NCBI GenBank assembly: GCA_963779415.1
Contig: CAVZYA010000001.1
Coordinates: 96,001 to 160,000 of the forward strand
DNA length: 64,000 nucleotides
Origin: an uncultured Acidobacteriota bacterium
GTDB taxonomy: Bacteria; Acidobacteriota; Thermoanaerobaculia; UBA5066
Direction of reading: 5' to 3'
Shown here: piece after piece, positions 41,069 to 51,366 of the stretch
Layout of the letters: every line of letters starts with the position of its first letter
How positions within the stretch are numbered: the stretch's first letter is position 1
Program-made: the position numbers and the translations under genes
The notes under the pieces: generated by a model
Database searches by the model: none
Told to the model about the DNA's origin: nothing
Seen by the model: only the letters and a program-made list of their open reading frames with translations

Positions 41069-41745
41069 CATGCCGCCTTTGCCGCCTGCCGCTTCAGGAA
41101 GTAGTCGATCAGCTCCGACGAGGAGTTCGACATCTCGACCTGGAAGCGCTCGATCTTGTTGAGGAAGTAGTTGTAGAACCAGACCGCCGGGATGGCGACG
41201 CCGAGGCCGGCGGCCGTCCCGTAGAGCGCTTCGGCGATACCGGCCGACACGGCACCGAGTCCCCCCGTGCCCGTCGCGGCCATGCCGGCGAACGACCGGA
41301 TGATGCCGATGACGGTGGCGAAGAGGCCGATGAAAGGCGCGGTCGTCGCGATCGTCGCGAGGCCGCCGAGCCCCTTCTTCATGTCCGCGGTCGTCATGAG
41401 GGCCGAGCGCTCGATGGCCCGCTCGGCCGCCGAGACGGTGTCGTGCCCGACGACGACGCCGTGCTCGCCGTAGTTGAACTCCAGGAGTCCGGCCGACACG
41501 ACCTTGGCGACGTGGCTCTCCTTGTATTTCTTGGCGAGGTCGATCCCTTCCCGGATCTTGTCCTGCTTCAGGAGCTGTCCGATCTCCAGCGCGAACTTCA
41601 CGGACTGCTTCCGGGCCTTGTTGAAGGTCAGGAGCCGCTCGATGAAGACCGTGACGGAGTAGATCGACAGGAACACCAAAAGCAGCATGATCCCCTTGAC
41701 CAGGGGGCTCATGACGGTCCAGATGTGTCCCCAATCCATCGACAT
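41068..41745 (-). CDS. exbB: MotA/TolQ/ExbB proton channel protein
   Basis: LATIATTAPFIGLFATVIGI; GIAEALYGTAAGLGVAIPA. Confidence 0.93.
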   Translation of the reverse strand: MSMDWGHIWTVMSPLVKGIMLLLVFLSIYSVTVFIERLLTFNKARKQSVKFALEIGQLLKQDKIREGIDLAKKYKESHVAKVVSAGLLEFNYGEHGVVVGHDTVSAAERAIERSALMTTADMKKGLGGLATIATTAPFIGLFATVIGIIRSFAGMAATGTGGLGAVSAGIAEALYGTAAGLGVAIPAVWFYNYFLNKIERFQVEMSNSSSELIDYFLKRQAAKAA

Positions 41746-41815
41746 AGCTAAAAGTCCTCCTTTACTCGGAACGATTGAATCTTGAGTCGGTCTCCCGAAT
41801 CGGCCGGACGCCGCC

Positions 41816-42541
41816 TCACTGGAGCGTGAAGGTGACGGTCACCGTGAGGTAGACCGGAACCGTGCGCCCGTTGAACGTGGCCGGCTTGTATTTCCACTGT
41901 TGAACCGCCCTCATGGCGGCGTTGTCGAGAAGGGGGTTGATGCCGCGCAGGACGCGGACGTCGGAAACGGCGCCGTCCTTCGTGATGATCGCTTCGAGAA
42001 TGACGACGCCCTGCATCCGGGCCTTGCGGGCGGCTTCCGGGTACTGGGGCCTGACCCGCGAGATCTCGATCGGCTCCTTGACCTCGCCGCCGACGCGCAT
42101 CGGCTCCTCGGCTCCCGGCACGCCGCCGAGGACGCCGCCCGGCACACCGCCGAGAACGCCGCCCATGACGCCGCCCGGGACACCGCCCTCGACGCCCCCC
42201 TCGACGCCTTCACCCCCCGAGTCGTCGGTCGACGGCTTCGGAAGGGCGTCCGGGATGACGACGGGAGCCGTCATCTGGTTCGTCTGCGGCTGCTCCACCT
42301 TCTGCACGACCTTCGGCGCGGCCGCCTTCGGCGGCGGCGGGGGAGGCGGCGGCGGCGGGGCGGCCTGCACGTAGAAGGAGACCGGAATCGGCGGGTCGGG
42401 AATCTCCTCGATGTACCAGAGAGAGAGGGCGACGGCGCTGCCGATGACGAGAACGTGGAGGATGAAGGCGAGCGGGAACGTCATCCAGCGCTTCTTGTCG
42501 ACCTTCTGCTTCGTGGATTCGATGAGGGCGGCTTCGAACAT
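41816..42541 (-). CDS. tonB: TonB family energy transducer
   Basis: TM helix with His, poly-Pro, (GGVx)n linker, PQYPEAARKARMQGVV...AVQQWKYKPA. Confidence 0.92.
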   Translation of the reverse strand: MFEAALIESTKQKVDKKRWMTFPLAFILHVLVIGSAVALSLWYIEEIPDPPIPVSFYVQAAPPPPPPPPPPKAAAPKVVQKVEQPQTNQMTAPVVIPDALPKPSTDDSGGEGVEGGVEGGVPGGVMGGVLGGVPGGVLGGVPGAEEPMRVGGEVKEPIEISRVRPQYPEAARKARMQGVVILEAIITKDGAVSDVRVLRGINPLLDNAAMRAVQQWKYKPATFNGRTVPVYLTVTVTFTLQ

Positions 42542-42571
42542 CGTGACGTCTCCGGGCGCGAGCCCTTGGGG

Positions 42572-43456
42572 CTACATGCCCTCCAGCGGATTCTGCTTGG
42601 CCGTCTCCTGACGCTGTTTTTCCTGAACCCTCTTCCGGACCTCGAGGCCCTTCTTCTGCCACTCGTCGGCCTGCTTCAGCTCCTCGGCGCGCTGGGAGCC
42701 GTTCGTCTCGATCTTGGCGAGCTCCCGGTAGAGGAGGTTCTCGTAAAACATCGCCTCGAAGTAGTCGGGATTCAGCTCGAGAGCTTTGTTCAGGTCCTTC
42801 ATTCCCTGATCGACGATGGCGCGGCGCTGGTCCGCGGGGAGCGACTCGGGGACCGAGTTATAGGACTTGTCCCATGCCGTGACGCCCATCGTGTAGTAGA
42901 CCTCGGCGTTCGTCGGCTCGATGTCGGCCCGCTTCCGCTGCCACGTCATCGAGTTCTCGAAGTCGCCTTTCTTCGCATAGAGCATCGCGATCGTTTGAAC
43001 GGCCGCCGAGTCTTTCGGATTCCGCTGGACCATGTCCTTGAAGAAATCGATCGCCTCGTCGTACTTCTGCGAGTTCATGTACGTCGTGACGAGGAGCTTC
43101 GCGGCCTTCTCGTCGTCGGGCTTCACGGCGAGGTACTTCTTGAAGTACTCGATCGCGTTTGCGAGCGCGTCGATGTCCTTCTGGTTCTGGGAGCCGGGGT
43201 TGTACATCCCCATGTAGGACATCGCGATGAACTTGTCGAGACGGACTTCCTTGGGGTCGAGCTCCTGGGCCTGCTTGTACTTCTCGAGGGCGTCGCTGTA
43301 GAGCTGCTCCTTGAAGTACTGATTCCCCTTCCGGATGAGCTGCCGGCTCTGCAGCCGGTTGCAGCCCATGAAGGTGACCGCGAGGGCCGCGATCGCCAGG
43401 GCCGCGGCGCGGCGGGCGGTGGTCCGGGTGAGCGCCACGGTCCGGTTTTCCGTCAT
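42572..43456 (-). CDS. TPR lipoprotein heading the tonB-exbB-exbD-exbD operon
   Basis: AGGAG RBS before ATG 43456; signal peptide ending FMGC; TPR helices. Confidence 0.8.
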   Translation of the reverse strand: MTENRTVALTRTTARRAAALAIAALAVTFMGCNRLQSRQLIRKGNQYFKEQLYSDALEKYKQAQELDPKEVRLDKFIAMSYMGMYNPGSQNQKDIDALANAIEYFKKYLAVKPDDEKAAKLLVTTYMNSQKYDEAIDFFKDMVQRNPKDSAAVQTIAMLYAKKGDFENSMTWQRKRADIEPTNAEVYYTMGVTAWDKSYNSVPESLPADQRRAIVDQGMKDLNKALELNPDYFEAMFYENLLYRELAKIETNGSQRAEELKQADEWQKKGLEVRKRVQEKQRQETAKQNPLEGM

Positions 43457-43870
43457 CGCCCCGTCACTCCTTTCACGAACCCGCCTCCACCCTGTGAGAC
43501 CCGCGTGCCGCAATATTAGTTCCGGACCCGGAAACGGCGTGCGATTCCGTCGGAATCGAGCGGCCTGTCGAGATGCCGGGCGCCGGACGATCCGTTCCGT
43601 TTCGTCGAATCCGCTGACTCCGGCTTTCGTGTCGGGTTTCCAGGGGAAGACCTCTGTTTCTCTCAGGCTGCCGGACAGGCCGGAATCCCGCGCGTCTATA
43701 TCGGACGAGCGGAACCTCGGATCGCCGGAAAGGGGATTCTTACGGAGGCGTCCGAAAAGTTCAAGGAGATTCTTCCGGAGAGCCGCCCGCGCCGGGGACG
43801 CCACGGGGGAGAGACACGGAGACGCGCGGGAACCTCCGCCCCCCGTCTCTCGCCCCGTACAATCGTCCCC

Positions 43871-45625
43871 ATGAAGTGCTCCCGGCGGCCCGAGGGCCGC
43901 GAAATCATTCTTATCGTCGCGTTCGTCGGAGTCCTCATTGGCGGCGGCTCGATCCTGGCCCAGGCGCGCCCCTCATCCCCGGCGCCGACCCCGCCCGCCG
44001 CGCAGGCCCCGGTCGGGAGTTTCGTCAGCCGCGAGACGGTCGACGTCACGAACGTCGACGTCGTCGTCGAGGACTCGAAAGGGAACCGCGTCACCGGCCT
44101 CAGGAAGGACGACTTCACCGTCATCGAGGACGGGATGGAGCAGCCGATCACGAACTTCTTCGCCGTGGAGCAGGGACGGATGACCGTCGTCGGGGACGAA
44201 GAGATCCCGCAGGCTCCCGCGCCGGCCCCTGCGGCGCCCGCCGCATCGGCGCCGGCCGCTGCCCCGGCGGTGAAGACGAAGATCGTCATCTTCGTCGACA
44301 ACCTGAGTCTGACGCCCGCCAACCGCAACCGGGTCTTCCGGAACCTCGAGGATTGGGTCCGCGATGCGGTGAAGGGGAACGTCGAGGGGATGATCGTCGT
44401 CTGGAACCGGTCGCTGAAGGTGAGGCGGAAGTTCACGAACGACGGACGTGACCTCTCGGACATCCTCGCGCAGATCGAGGGGGAGACCGGCAGCGGCGTC
44501 AACCGGAACTCCGACTTCCGCGACATCATCCAGCGGGTCGAAGACGCCCAGTCGGTCGACCAGGCGAACTACATCGTGCAGGGCTACGCGGAGTCGCAGA
44601 CGAGCGATCTGACCTTCACGCTGGAGGCGCTGAAGGGGGCGATCGATCAGCTCGCCGGCGTCGAAGGCCGGAAGATCCTGATCCACGTCTCCGAAGGCCT
44701 GCCGCAGTACCCCGGAGCGGAACTCTGGCGCTACGTGCAGGACAAGTTCCACGACTCGAGCGGGATGATGAACCAGTTCCAGTACGACAAGACCGCGTCC
44801 TACATCGGGCTTGTCCGTGCCGCGAACGCCGCCGGCGTGACGATGTACATGTTCGACGCCTCGGGCCTCGCCATCGATCCGAACGTCTCGGCCGAGGCCG
44901 GACACCAGAGCACGCGGATCGACACGTACACCATGCGATCCAACATGCAGTCGATGCTCCAGATGATGGCCGAGGAGACGGGCGGCGAGGCCATCCTCAA
45001 CAAGAACGTCATTACGGCCGACCTGAAGCAGATCGAAAAGGACTACACGTCCTACTACTCGCTCGGCTACCGCAGCCTCCGCGCCGGCTCCGACCGGCCG
45101 CACAAGCTGGATGTGAAGGTGAAACGCAAGGGCCTGACCGCCCGGGCCCGCCGTAGCTACGTCGAGAAGGGGATCGAGACGCGGACGGTCGAGGCCGTCG
45201 AGTCGGGCCTCTACTTCTCCCGGGACGAGAACCCGCTCGCCGTCGGGCTCGAGGTCGGGCAGGCCGAGCCCAACTCCTCGGGCTACTTCCAGGTCCCGAT
45301 CCGGGTCCGGATCCCTTTCTCCCGGATCGCGATGCTCCCCGACGGGGCGAAGGTCCGCGGGCGGCTCAGGTTCTATTTCCTCGTCATGGATTCCTCGGAG
45401 AAGAAGTCCGATCTCTCGACGCAGTCGAAGGTCGTCGAGATGGACGCGAGGAGGTTCGAAGAGGTCCAGAAAAAGGACTTCATCTACGACGTGTCGCTCC
45501 TGATGATTCCGGGGCGCCAGCGCCTGTCGTTCGCCGTCCGGGACGAGACCACGGCGCAGGTCGGCTACGTCCAGAAGGACCTCTTCGTGTCGGTCTTCTC
45601 GGGCACGCCGCCGACGCCGAAGTGA
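43871..45625 (+). CDS. Secreted VWA-domain protein (Acidobacterial VWFA-related type)
   Basis: Signal peptide, VTGLRKDDFTVIEDG, GRKILIHVSEG, AEETGG, YYSLGY. Confidence 0.85.
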   Translation: MKCSRRPEGREIILIVAFVGVLIGGGSILAQARPSSPAPTPPAAQAPVGSFVSRETVDVTNVDVVVEDSKGNRVTGLRKDDFTVIEDGMEQPITNFFAVEQGRMTVVGDEEIPQAPAPAPAAPAASAPAAAPAVKTKIVIFVDNLSLTPANRNRVFRNLEDWVRDAVKGNVEGMIVVWNRSLKVRRKFTNDGRDLSDILAQIEGETGSGVNRNSDFRDIIQRVEDAQSVDQANYIVQGYAESQTSDLTFTLEALKGAIDQLAGVEGRKILIHVSEGLPQYPGAELWRYVQDKFHDSSGMMNQFQYDKTASYIGLVRAANAAGVTMYMFDASGLAIDPNVSAEAGHQSTRIDTYTMRSNMQSMLQMMAEETGGEAILNKNVITADLKQIEKDYTSYYSLGYRSLRAGSDRPHKLDVKVKRKGLTARARRSYVEKGIETRTVEAVESGLYFSRDENPLAVGLEVGQAEPNSSGYFQVPIRVRIPFSRIAMLPDGAKVRGRLRFYFLVMDSSEKKSDLSTQSKVVEMDARRFEEVQKKDFIYDVSLLMIPGRQRLSFAVRDETTAQVGYVQKDLFVSVFSGTPPTPK

Positions 45626-45629
45626 CGCG

Positions 45630-47141
45630 ATGAGGTTCCTCTCGGCGGAGGAGTCGCGGGCCGCGGACGCGCGGACGATCTCCGCCGGGACGCCCGGGCT
45701 CGTCCTGATGGAGCGCGCGGCCTCCGCCGTGGCCCGGGAGGCGGTCCGCGCGCTCGCGGCGCGGCCGGAGCGCGCCGTCTCCATCGCCGTCCTCGCCGGG
45801 CCCGGGAACAACGGGGGAGACGGGTTCGAGGCCGCGCGGAGGCTCCGCTCCGCCGGATGGAGGGGAGTGGAGGTGCTCCTCGTCGGCGATCCCGGGCGGC
45901 TCTCCGGGGACGGAGCGGCCACGTTCGGGAGGCTTGCGGGCGCCGGAGTGCCCGTGCGACTCGTCTCGTCATCGCCGGATCTCGAGTCGCTCCGGCAGGC
46001 GACCTTCGTGATCGACGCGCTCTTCGGGACGGGACTCACGCGCCCGATCGAAGAGGAGTCGCTCTCCGGTCAGGCGGTGCGTTTCCTGGTGTCAGGGCGC
46101 CCGTTCGTCCTCTCCGTCGACGTCCCGTCCGGTCTCTCCGGAGACGCCGGAGCCGTCCCGGGCCTCGCCGTCCGCGCGGACGTCACCGTGACGTTCGGTA
46201 CCCCCAAGAGATGCCACGTCTTCCTTCCTTCGGCCGGCCTCTGCGGCCGGCTCGTCGTGGCCGACATCGGGCTACTCCCGCCGGAGGGGACCCGGACGGC
46301 CGGGGAGCCGGAAGTGATCACGGCGAACGACGTCGCCCCTCTCTTCCCGCCGCGCGAGGCCTCTTCGCACAAGGGGACGTACGGACACCTCCTCGTCATC
46401 GGGGGCTCGGACGGTTTCTTCGGGGCGCCGGCCCTCGCGGTGCGCGCCGCCCATCGAAGCGGCGCAGGCCTCGTGACGCTGGCGGCTTCGGAAGAGGTGC
46501 GGCGCTCCGTTCACGCCCTCTCGCCCGAGACGACCTCCGTCCCGCCGGACGCGGACCTCGCCTCGTACGATGCCCTCGCCGTTGGCCCCGGGCTGGGCCG
46601 CTCCGGCGACGCGAGGCGACTCCTGTCACGCCTCGCGGCCGCTCCGAAGCCGGCCGTCTTCGATGCCGACGCGCTCAACCTCGCCGGCGAGGCCAGCTTC
46701 TTCCGCTCGCGGCGCTCGCCGACGATCCTCACCCCTCACCCGGGCGAGGCCGGGCGCCTCCTCGGCCTAGACGCCGCGTCGGTGAACGCGGACCGGTTTG
46801 CCTCCGCGCGGGCGCTGGCCGACCGTTCGGGAGCTGTCGTGGTGCTGAAGGGATTCCGGACGGTCCTGGCCGACGCGTCGGGGCGGACGGCGGTCGTCCT
46901 TTCCGGAAACCCCGGGATGGCGAGCGGCGGTACGGGAGACGTTCTGACCGGGATCGCGGGCGCACTTCTCGCGCGCGGGCTCTCCGCGTGGGACGCGGCC
47001 GCGGCCGCGACCTTCCTTCACGGTGCCGCGGGCGATCTCGTCGTGGAGAGCCTCGGGGAGGAGGCGCTGGTCGCGAGTGACGTCGTGGCGGCGCTCGGAG
47101 CGGCCTTCGGAGTTCTCCGCGACGCGCGCCCCGTTTTCTGA
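45630..47141 (+). CDS. nnr: Bifunctional NAD(P)H-hydrate epimerase/dehydratase
   Basis: LMERA, GPGNNGGDG, DALFGTG, HKG, GPGLG, TPHPGE, GGTGDVLTG. Confidence 0.95.
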   Translation: MRFLSAEESRAADARTISAGTPGLVLMERAASAVAREAVRALAARPERAVSIAVLAGPGNNGGDGFEAARRLRSAGWRGVEVLLVGDPGRLSGDGAATFGRLAGAGVPVRLVSSSPDLESLRQATFVIDALFGTGLTRPIEEESLSGQAVRFLVSGRPFVLSVDVPSGLSGDAGAVPGLAVRADVTVTFGTPKRCHVFLPSAGLCGRLVVADIGLLPPEGTRTAGEPEVITANDVAPLFPPREASSHKGTYGHLLVIGGSDGFFGAPALAVRAAHRSGAGLVTLAASEEVRRSVHALSPETTSVPPDADLASYDALAVGPGLGRSGDARRLLSRLAAAPKPAVFDADALNLAGEASFFRSRRSPTILTPHPGEAGRLLGLDAASVNADRFASARALADRSGAVVVLKGFRTVLADASGRTAVVLSGNPGMASGGTGDVLTGIAGALLARGLSAWDAAAAATFLHGAAGDLVVESLGEEALVASDVVAALGAAFGVLRDARPVF

Positions 47142-47560
47142 TGAAAGAGCGGCTCTGTCCCTCGGAGGCGGAGACGAGAGCCTTCGCGCGGGAACTCGCG
47201 GCGCGCCTCCGGCCGGGAGACATCGTCCTCCTGATCGGAGACCTCGGAAGCGGAAAGACAGTCTTCGTCAGGGGCCTCGCGGAAGGGCTCGGAATCGATC
47301 CGTCGGAGGTCTCCTCGCCCACCTTCGCGCTTCTTCACGAGTACGGCCCCGCCGGTGAGGCGCCCCGCCTCCGCCATGCCGACCTCTTTCGGCTCTCCGG
47401 AGGAATCGGCGAGGTCGCTGCGCTCGGCCTCGAAGGAGGGGACGAGGCCGTCCTCGCGGTCGAGTGGCCTCGGCCCCCCTTGCGGGACGCGCACGCCTGG
47501 CGCGTCCGGATCGAGGAGGTGGGGGGAGGCGCGCGCCGGATCCTTATCGAAGGGCCCTGA
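47141..47560 (+). CDS. tsaE: tRNA threonylcarbamoyladenosine biosynthesis ATPase
   Basis: GDLGSGKT, VSSPTF, HADLFRL, VEWP. Confidence 0.92.
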   Translation: MKERLCPSEAETRAFARELAARLRPGDIVLLIGDLGSGKTVFVRGLAEGLGIDPSEVSSPTFALLHEYGPAGEAPRLRHADLFRLSGGIGEVAALGLEGGDEAVLAVEWPRPPLRDAHAWRVRIEEVGGGARRILIEGP

Positions 47561-47581
47561 CCCGCGGCGGCGGCCCGGCCC

Positions 47582-48886
47582 TCAGGGGCCCGGCGGATGG
47601 ACGTTCGCCGGAAAGAGCCCCGGAACGATCGAGGTCACGACGAGGGCCAGCGTCAGGAGGATCATGACGACGCAGGTTCCCCACGACAGCACGTTCCAGA
47701 GACGGCCGTTGACGTGCTCTCCCATCAGGTCCCGCCGGTTCACGAGAAGGCCCATGAAGATCAGGATGAAGGGGAGGAGGAGCCCGTTCAGCACCTGCGA
47801 GAGGAAGAGAACGGGGAAGAGAGGGACCTGCGGGATGAGGATGACGCCGGCTCCGAGGACGATCATCACCGTGTAGAGCGCGTTGAACTGCGGCGCCTCG
47901 CGCCAGCTCTTGTTGACCCCGGCCTCGAAGCCGAGCCCTTCGCAGACCGAGTACGCCGTTGCGAGGGGGAGGATCGAGGCGGCGAAGAGCGAGGCGTTCG
48001 CGAGGCCGAAGGCGAAGAGGATCTTCGCGAAGCGTCCGGCGAGCGGCTCGAGCGCGATGGCGGCCTCGGCGGCTCCCTCGATCCGGATCCCCCGCGGGAA
48101 GAGGGTCGCCCCGCACGCCACGATGATGAAGAACGCCACGACGTCGGTCAGGACGCAGCCGACGATGACGTCCCACCGGGAAAGCCGGTATTCCTCCGGC
48201 CCGATTCTCTTCTCGACGATCGAGGACTGCAGATAGAACTGCATCCAGGGGGCGATCGTCGTCCCGACGAGGCCGATGATCATCAGGATCCAGGCGGCGT
48301 TCGACTCGATCCGGGGCCCGATCGACTGCCGGATGACGTCGCCCCACACGGGTTTGGCGACGAAGGCCGAGACGATGTAGGTGAGATAGACCGTGCAGGA
48401 GACGAGGAAGATCTTCTCGACCGTCTTGTAGTTCCCCTTCACGACGAGCCACCAGACGGCGAACGCGCCGATCGGGACCGACACCCAGCGCGGAACACCG
48501 AAGATCTCGAGGGCGGCAGCCCAGCCGGCGAACTCCGCCACCGTGTTTCCGATGTCGGTCACGAAGAGAGCCGAGAGGATATAGAAGGTCATCCGGAGCC
48601 CGTAGTTCTCGCGGATCAGGTCGGCGAGCCCCTTCCCGGTGATCGCTCCGAGCCGGGCGGCCATCTCCTGCACGACGATGAGGGCGATCGTGATCGGCAC
48701 CATCGTCCAGAGGAGCGAGTAGCCGAAGTGCGCGCCGGCGATCGAGTAGGTCGCGATGCCGCCGGCGTCGTTGTCGACGTTGGCCGTGATGATCCCGGGC
48801 CCGAGCACCGCGAGAAAGAGCGTGAGACGCCGCCGCCAGTCGGGGGCCGCCGGCCGGACCCCGGAGACGGACGGCGGGGGGGTCAA
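47582..48886 (-). CDS. NRAMP-related divalent metal (probably Mg2+) transporter
   Basis: TTG start overlapping the upstream stop; GPGIITANVDNDAGGIATY, QEMAARLG, GTTIAPWMQFY. Confidence 0.88.
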   Translation of the reverse strand: MTPPPSVSGVRPAAPDWRRRLTLFLAVLGPGIITANVDNDAGGIATYSIAGAHFGYSLLWTMVPITIALIVVQEMAARLGAITGKGLADLIRENYGLRMTFYILSALFVTDIGNTVAEFAGWAAALEIFGVPRWVSVPIGAFAVWWLVVKGNYKTVEKIFLVSCTVYLTYIVSAFVAKPVWGDVIRQSIGPRIESNAAWILMIIGLVGTTIAPWMQFYLQSSIVEKRIGPEEYRLSRWDVIVGCVLTDVVAFFIIVACGATLFPRGIRIEGAAEAAIALEPLAGRFAKILFAFGLANASLFAASILPLATAYSVCEGLGFEAGVNKSWREAPQFNALYTVMIVLGAGVILIPQVPLFPVLFLSQVLNGLLLPFILIFMGLLVNRRDLMGEHVNGRLWNVLSWGTCVVMILLTLALVVTSIVPGLFPANVHPPGP

Positions 48887-50190
48887 CGGCCCCTCCGGCC
48901 CCGCGCGGGCCTCTCCTTGAGCCGGTCGAAGACGTCGTCGATCGTGATGAGGCCGACGAGAACCCCTTCGGGGTCGACGACCGGGAGGGCGAGGAGGTCG
49001 TACTTCGACATCGTCTCGGCCACCTCGTCGGCCGGGACCTCCGCCGTGACCTGCCGGACCGGGCTCACCATGACGCTCTCGAGGGTCGCCGCGTCGTCGG
49101 CGGCGAGCAGCTCGCGGACGGAGAGGACGCCGAGAAGCCGCTCGCGCTCGTCGACCACGTAGAAATAAGTGATGACCTCCTGCTCCCTCGCGAGTGCGCG
49201 GAGCTTGGAGAGCGCCTCGCGGACGCCGAGGCCGGGAGGAAATGCCACATAGCTCGTGTCCATGACGCCGCCCGCGGTGTCCTCGTCGTGGACGAGAAGC
49301 TCGGTGACCTCCTCGCGCGCCTCTTTCTCCATCAGCTGGACGAGGTCGCGCGCCTGCTCTCCGGGCAGATCTCCGAGGACGTCGGCCGCTTCGTCTGCGG
49401 GCATCTGCTCGAGGATCTCGGTCGCGTGAGGGGCGGAAAGCTCCTCGATCATGTCGGCCTGGACGTCCGGCTCCAGCTCGTGGAGCGTCTCGGCCGCCGT
49501 CTCGACGTCGAGCTTCCGGAAGATGCCGCCCCGCTCGGGCTGCGGCAGCTGGCTGATGATCTCCGCGAGATCGGCGGGATGGAGGCGCGCCAGCTTCTCG
49601 TGCGGCATTCGGGTTTCGAGCCGATCGAGCCTCGTGGTCAGCGGCTGGAGCGAGTCCCACGGGATGAGGCGAGCGGGAACGGAGGCGTCCGAGAAGCGTC
49701 CGCCCCGCGGCGTGACGCCCGAGCCGAAGACGCGCCGGACGAATCCCCGCGGCCCGACGTCGGCGGCCGTCAGGGCGAGATCGCCGGAGACGACGTCGAG
49801 CTTGAGATCGTTGACGCGGACGACCTTGACGCCGTTGATGTCGACGATCTGCTTGTCGAGGAGGTGGCGCCCGAGGAGGATCTCGTCGTCCGTCGGCGCG
49901 CGATGGATGAGGTCCTCCCGCGAGAGACGCGTCCGGACGGCGCCGCGCTGGAAGATCGCGACGTCCTCCCAGGGAAGAACGAAGGTCTCGAACCGGTCGC
50001 GCAGGAGGAGGCCCGTGATCATCGGGAACGGGGAGCTGACGCCCGTGTCGACGACGAGGTCCCGGATCTTTCCGACGGGCCGGCGCGCCACGTCGAGCAC
50101 CCGCTCGCCGAGGAACTCCGAGAGGAAGAAGCCGTCGTGCGCCGGCACCGGGGCCGGACGCGGCGGCGCGGGGCTCATCGGAGCGGGCAT
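48883..50190 (-). CDS. PRC-barrel plus MgtE N-terminal plus CBS-pair cytosolic protein (no transporter TM domain)
   Basis: LLDKQIVDING..VVRVND, LHPADLAEI, EDTAGGVM, KYDLLALPVVD...GLITIDD. Confidence 0.88.
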   Translation of the reverse strand: MPAPMSPAPPRPAPVPAHDGFFLSEFLGERVLDVARRPVGKIRDLVVDTGVSSPFPMITGLLLRDRFETFVLPWEDVAIFQRGAVRTRLSREDLIHRAPTDDEILLGRHLLDKQIVDINGVKVVRVNDLKLDVVSGDLALTAADVGPRGFVRRVFGSGVTPRGGRFSDASVPARLIPWDSLQPLTTRLDRLETRMPHEKLARLHPADLAEIISQLPQPERGGIFRKLDVETAAETLHELEPDVQADMIEELSAPHATEILEQMPADEAADVLGDLPGEQARDLVQLMEKEAREEVTELLVHDEDTAGGVMDTSYVAFPPGLGVREALSKLRALAREQEVITYFYVVDERERLLGVLSVRELLAADDAATLESVMVSPVRQVTAEVPADEVAETMSKYDLLALPVVDPEGVLVGLITIDDVFDRLKERPARGRRGR

Positions 50191-50259
50191 CCCGGCGATT
50201 GTCGGGACCTCGCCGCCGTTGGTCAATGAATGGAACGCTCTTTTCGGTAAGCTTGCCAG

Positions 50260-51366
50260 GTGAGCCGCCCGACACCGCGCACCGCGGGCCTCCCGCAGAC
50301 CGTGCCTCTTCTCGTCGTGACCCGAGGGGCGCGGATGGAATCGGTCCACCGGGGATCCGTTGCGGTCGTGGCCGCCGACGGCCGGCTTCTCGCGGCGGCG
50401 GGGGACCCGCTCCAACCCGTCTTCCTTCGCTCGGCGGCCAAGCCGTTCCAGCTCACGCCGTTTCTCGCGGCCGGGGGCGAGCGCCGCTTCCGCCTCACGA
50501 CGAAGGAGGTCGCCCTGGCGGCCGCGTCACACGGGGGCGAGCCTTTCCACGTCCGGACGGTTCGGGGGCTCCTCGAACGAGGCGGCTTCTCGGTGGACGA
50601 CCTTCACTGCGGCGCGCACGCCCCGATGAGGGAAGAGACGGCTCGCGCGCTCGCCCACCGGCACGAGAAACCGAGCGCCCTCCACAACAACTGCTCGGGG
50701 AAGCATGCGGCCATGCTCCTCTGCTGTCGCCTCCTGAAGGAGGACCCGGCGACCTACTGGCACCGCGACCACCCGCTCCAGAAACGGATCCTCGACACGG
50801 TCTCCCGGATGACGGGCGTCTTGGAGGAGCGGATCGGCCTCGGCGTCGACGGGTGCTCGGTTCCGGTCTTCCAGGTCCCGCTCTACAACCTCGCGCTCTC
50901 GTATGCGCGGCTCGTCGGACCGCGCCTTCCGGGCGAGCCGGCGGCGGAGTTCGCGGCGCGGAGGAGGATCGTCGAGGCGATGACTTCCGAACCCGAGATG
51001 GTCGCGGGAACGGGCCGTTTCACGACGCGACTGATGCGGGAGTTCGGAGGGGATCTCCTCGGCAAGGAAGGGGCGGAAGGGGTTTACGCCGTGGGCGTTC
51101 CGGCCCGGCTCGCCGCCTCGCTTCCGGTCGACGGGCCGGTCGGCATCGCGCTGAAGATCGAGGACGGCGCCGAACGCGGACGCGACGCCGTGACGGTCGA
51201 AGTGATGCGCCAGCTCGGACTCGCCTCGGGGACGCGGCTCTCGCGCCTCAGGCGCCTCGCGCGGCGCCCCGTCCGGAACGTCCGGGGAGAGGTAGTCGGC
51301 GGGATGATGCCCGTCTTCTCCCTCGATCTCTTCGCGTCCGAGGCCGCCGCCGGGAGAGCTCGTTGA
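50260..51366 (+). CDS. L-asparaginase II (Rhizobium etli-type)
   Basis: RSAAKPFQ, SHGGEPFH, NNCSGKH, DGC, KEGAEG, KIEDG. Confidence 0.92.
   Translation: MSRPTPRTAGLPQTVPLLVVTRGARMESVHRGSVAVVAADGRLLAAAGDPLQPVFLRSAAKPFQLTPFLAAGGERRFRLTTKEVALAAASHGGEPFHVRTVRGLLERGGFSVDDLHCGAHAPMREETARALAHRHEKPSALHNNCSGKHAAMLLCCRLLKEDPATYWHRDHPLQKRILDTVSRMTGVLEERIGLGVDGCSVPVFQVPLYNLALSYARLVGPRLPGEPAAEFAARRRIVEAMTSEPEMVAGTGRFTTRLMREFGGDLLGKEGAEGVYAVGVPARLAASLPVDGPVGIALKIEDGAERGRDAVTVEVMRQLGLASGTRLSRLRRLARRPVRNVRGEVVGGMMPVFSLDLFASEAAAGRAR

Noticed and set aside
43457-43870. Riboswitch or ncRNA in the 414-bp divergent intergenic region
   Set aside because: Could not match c-di-GMP, cobalamin or other aptamer cores by eye; only promoter-like hexamers. 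An Infernal/Rfam scan would settle it.
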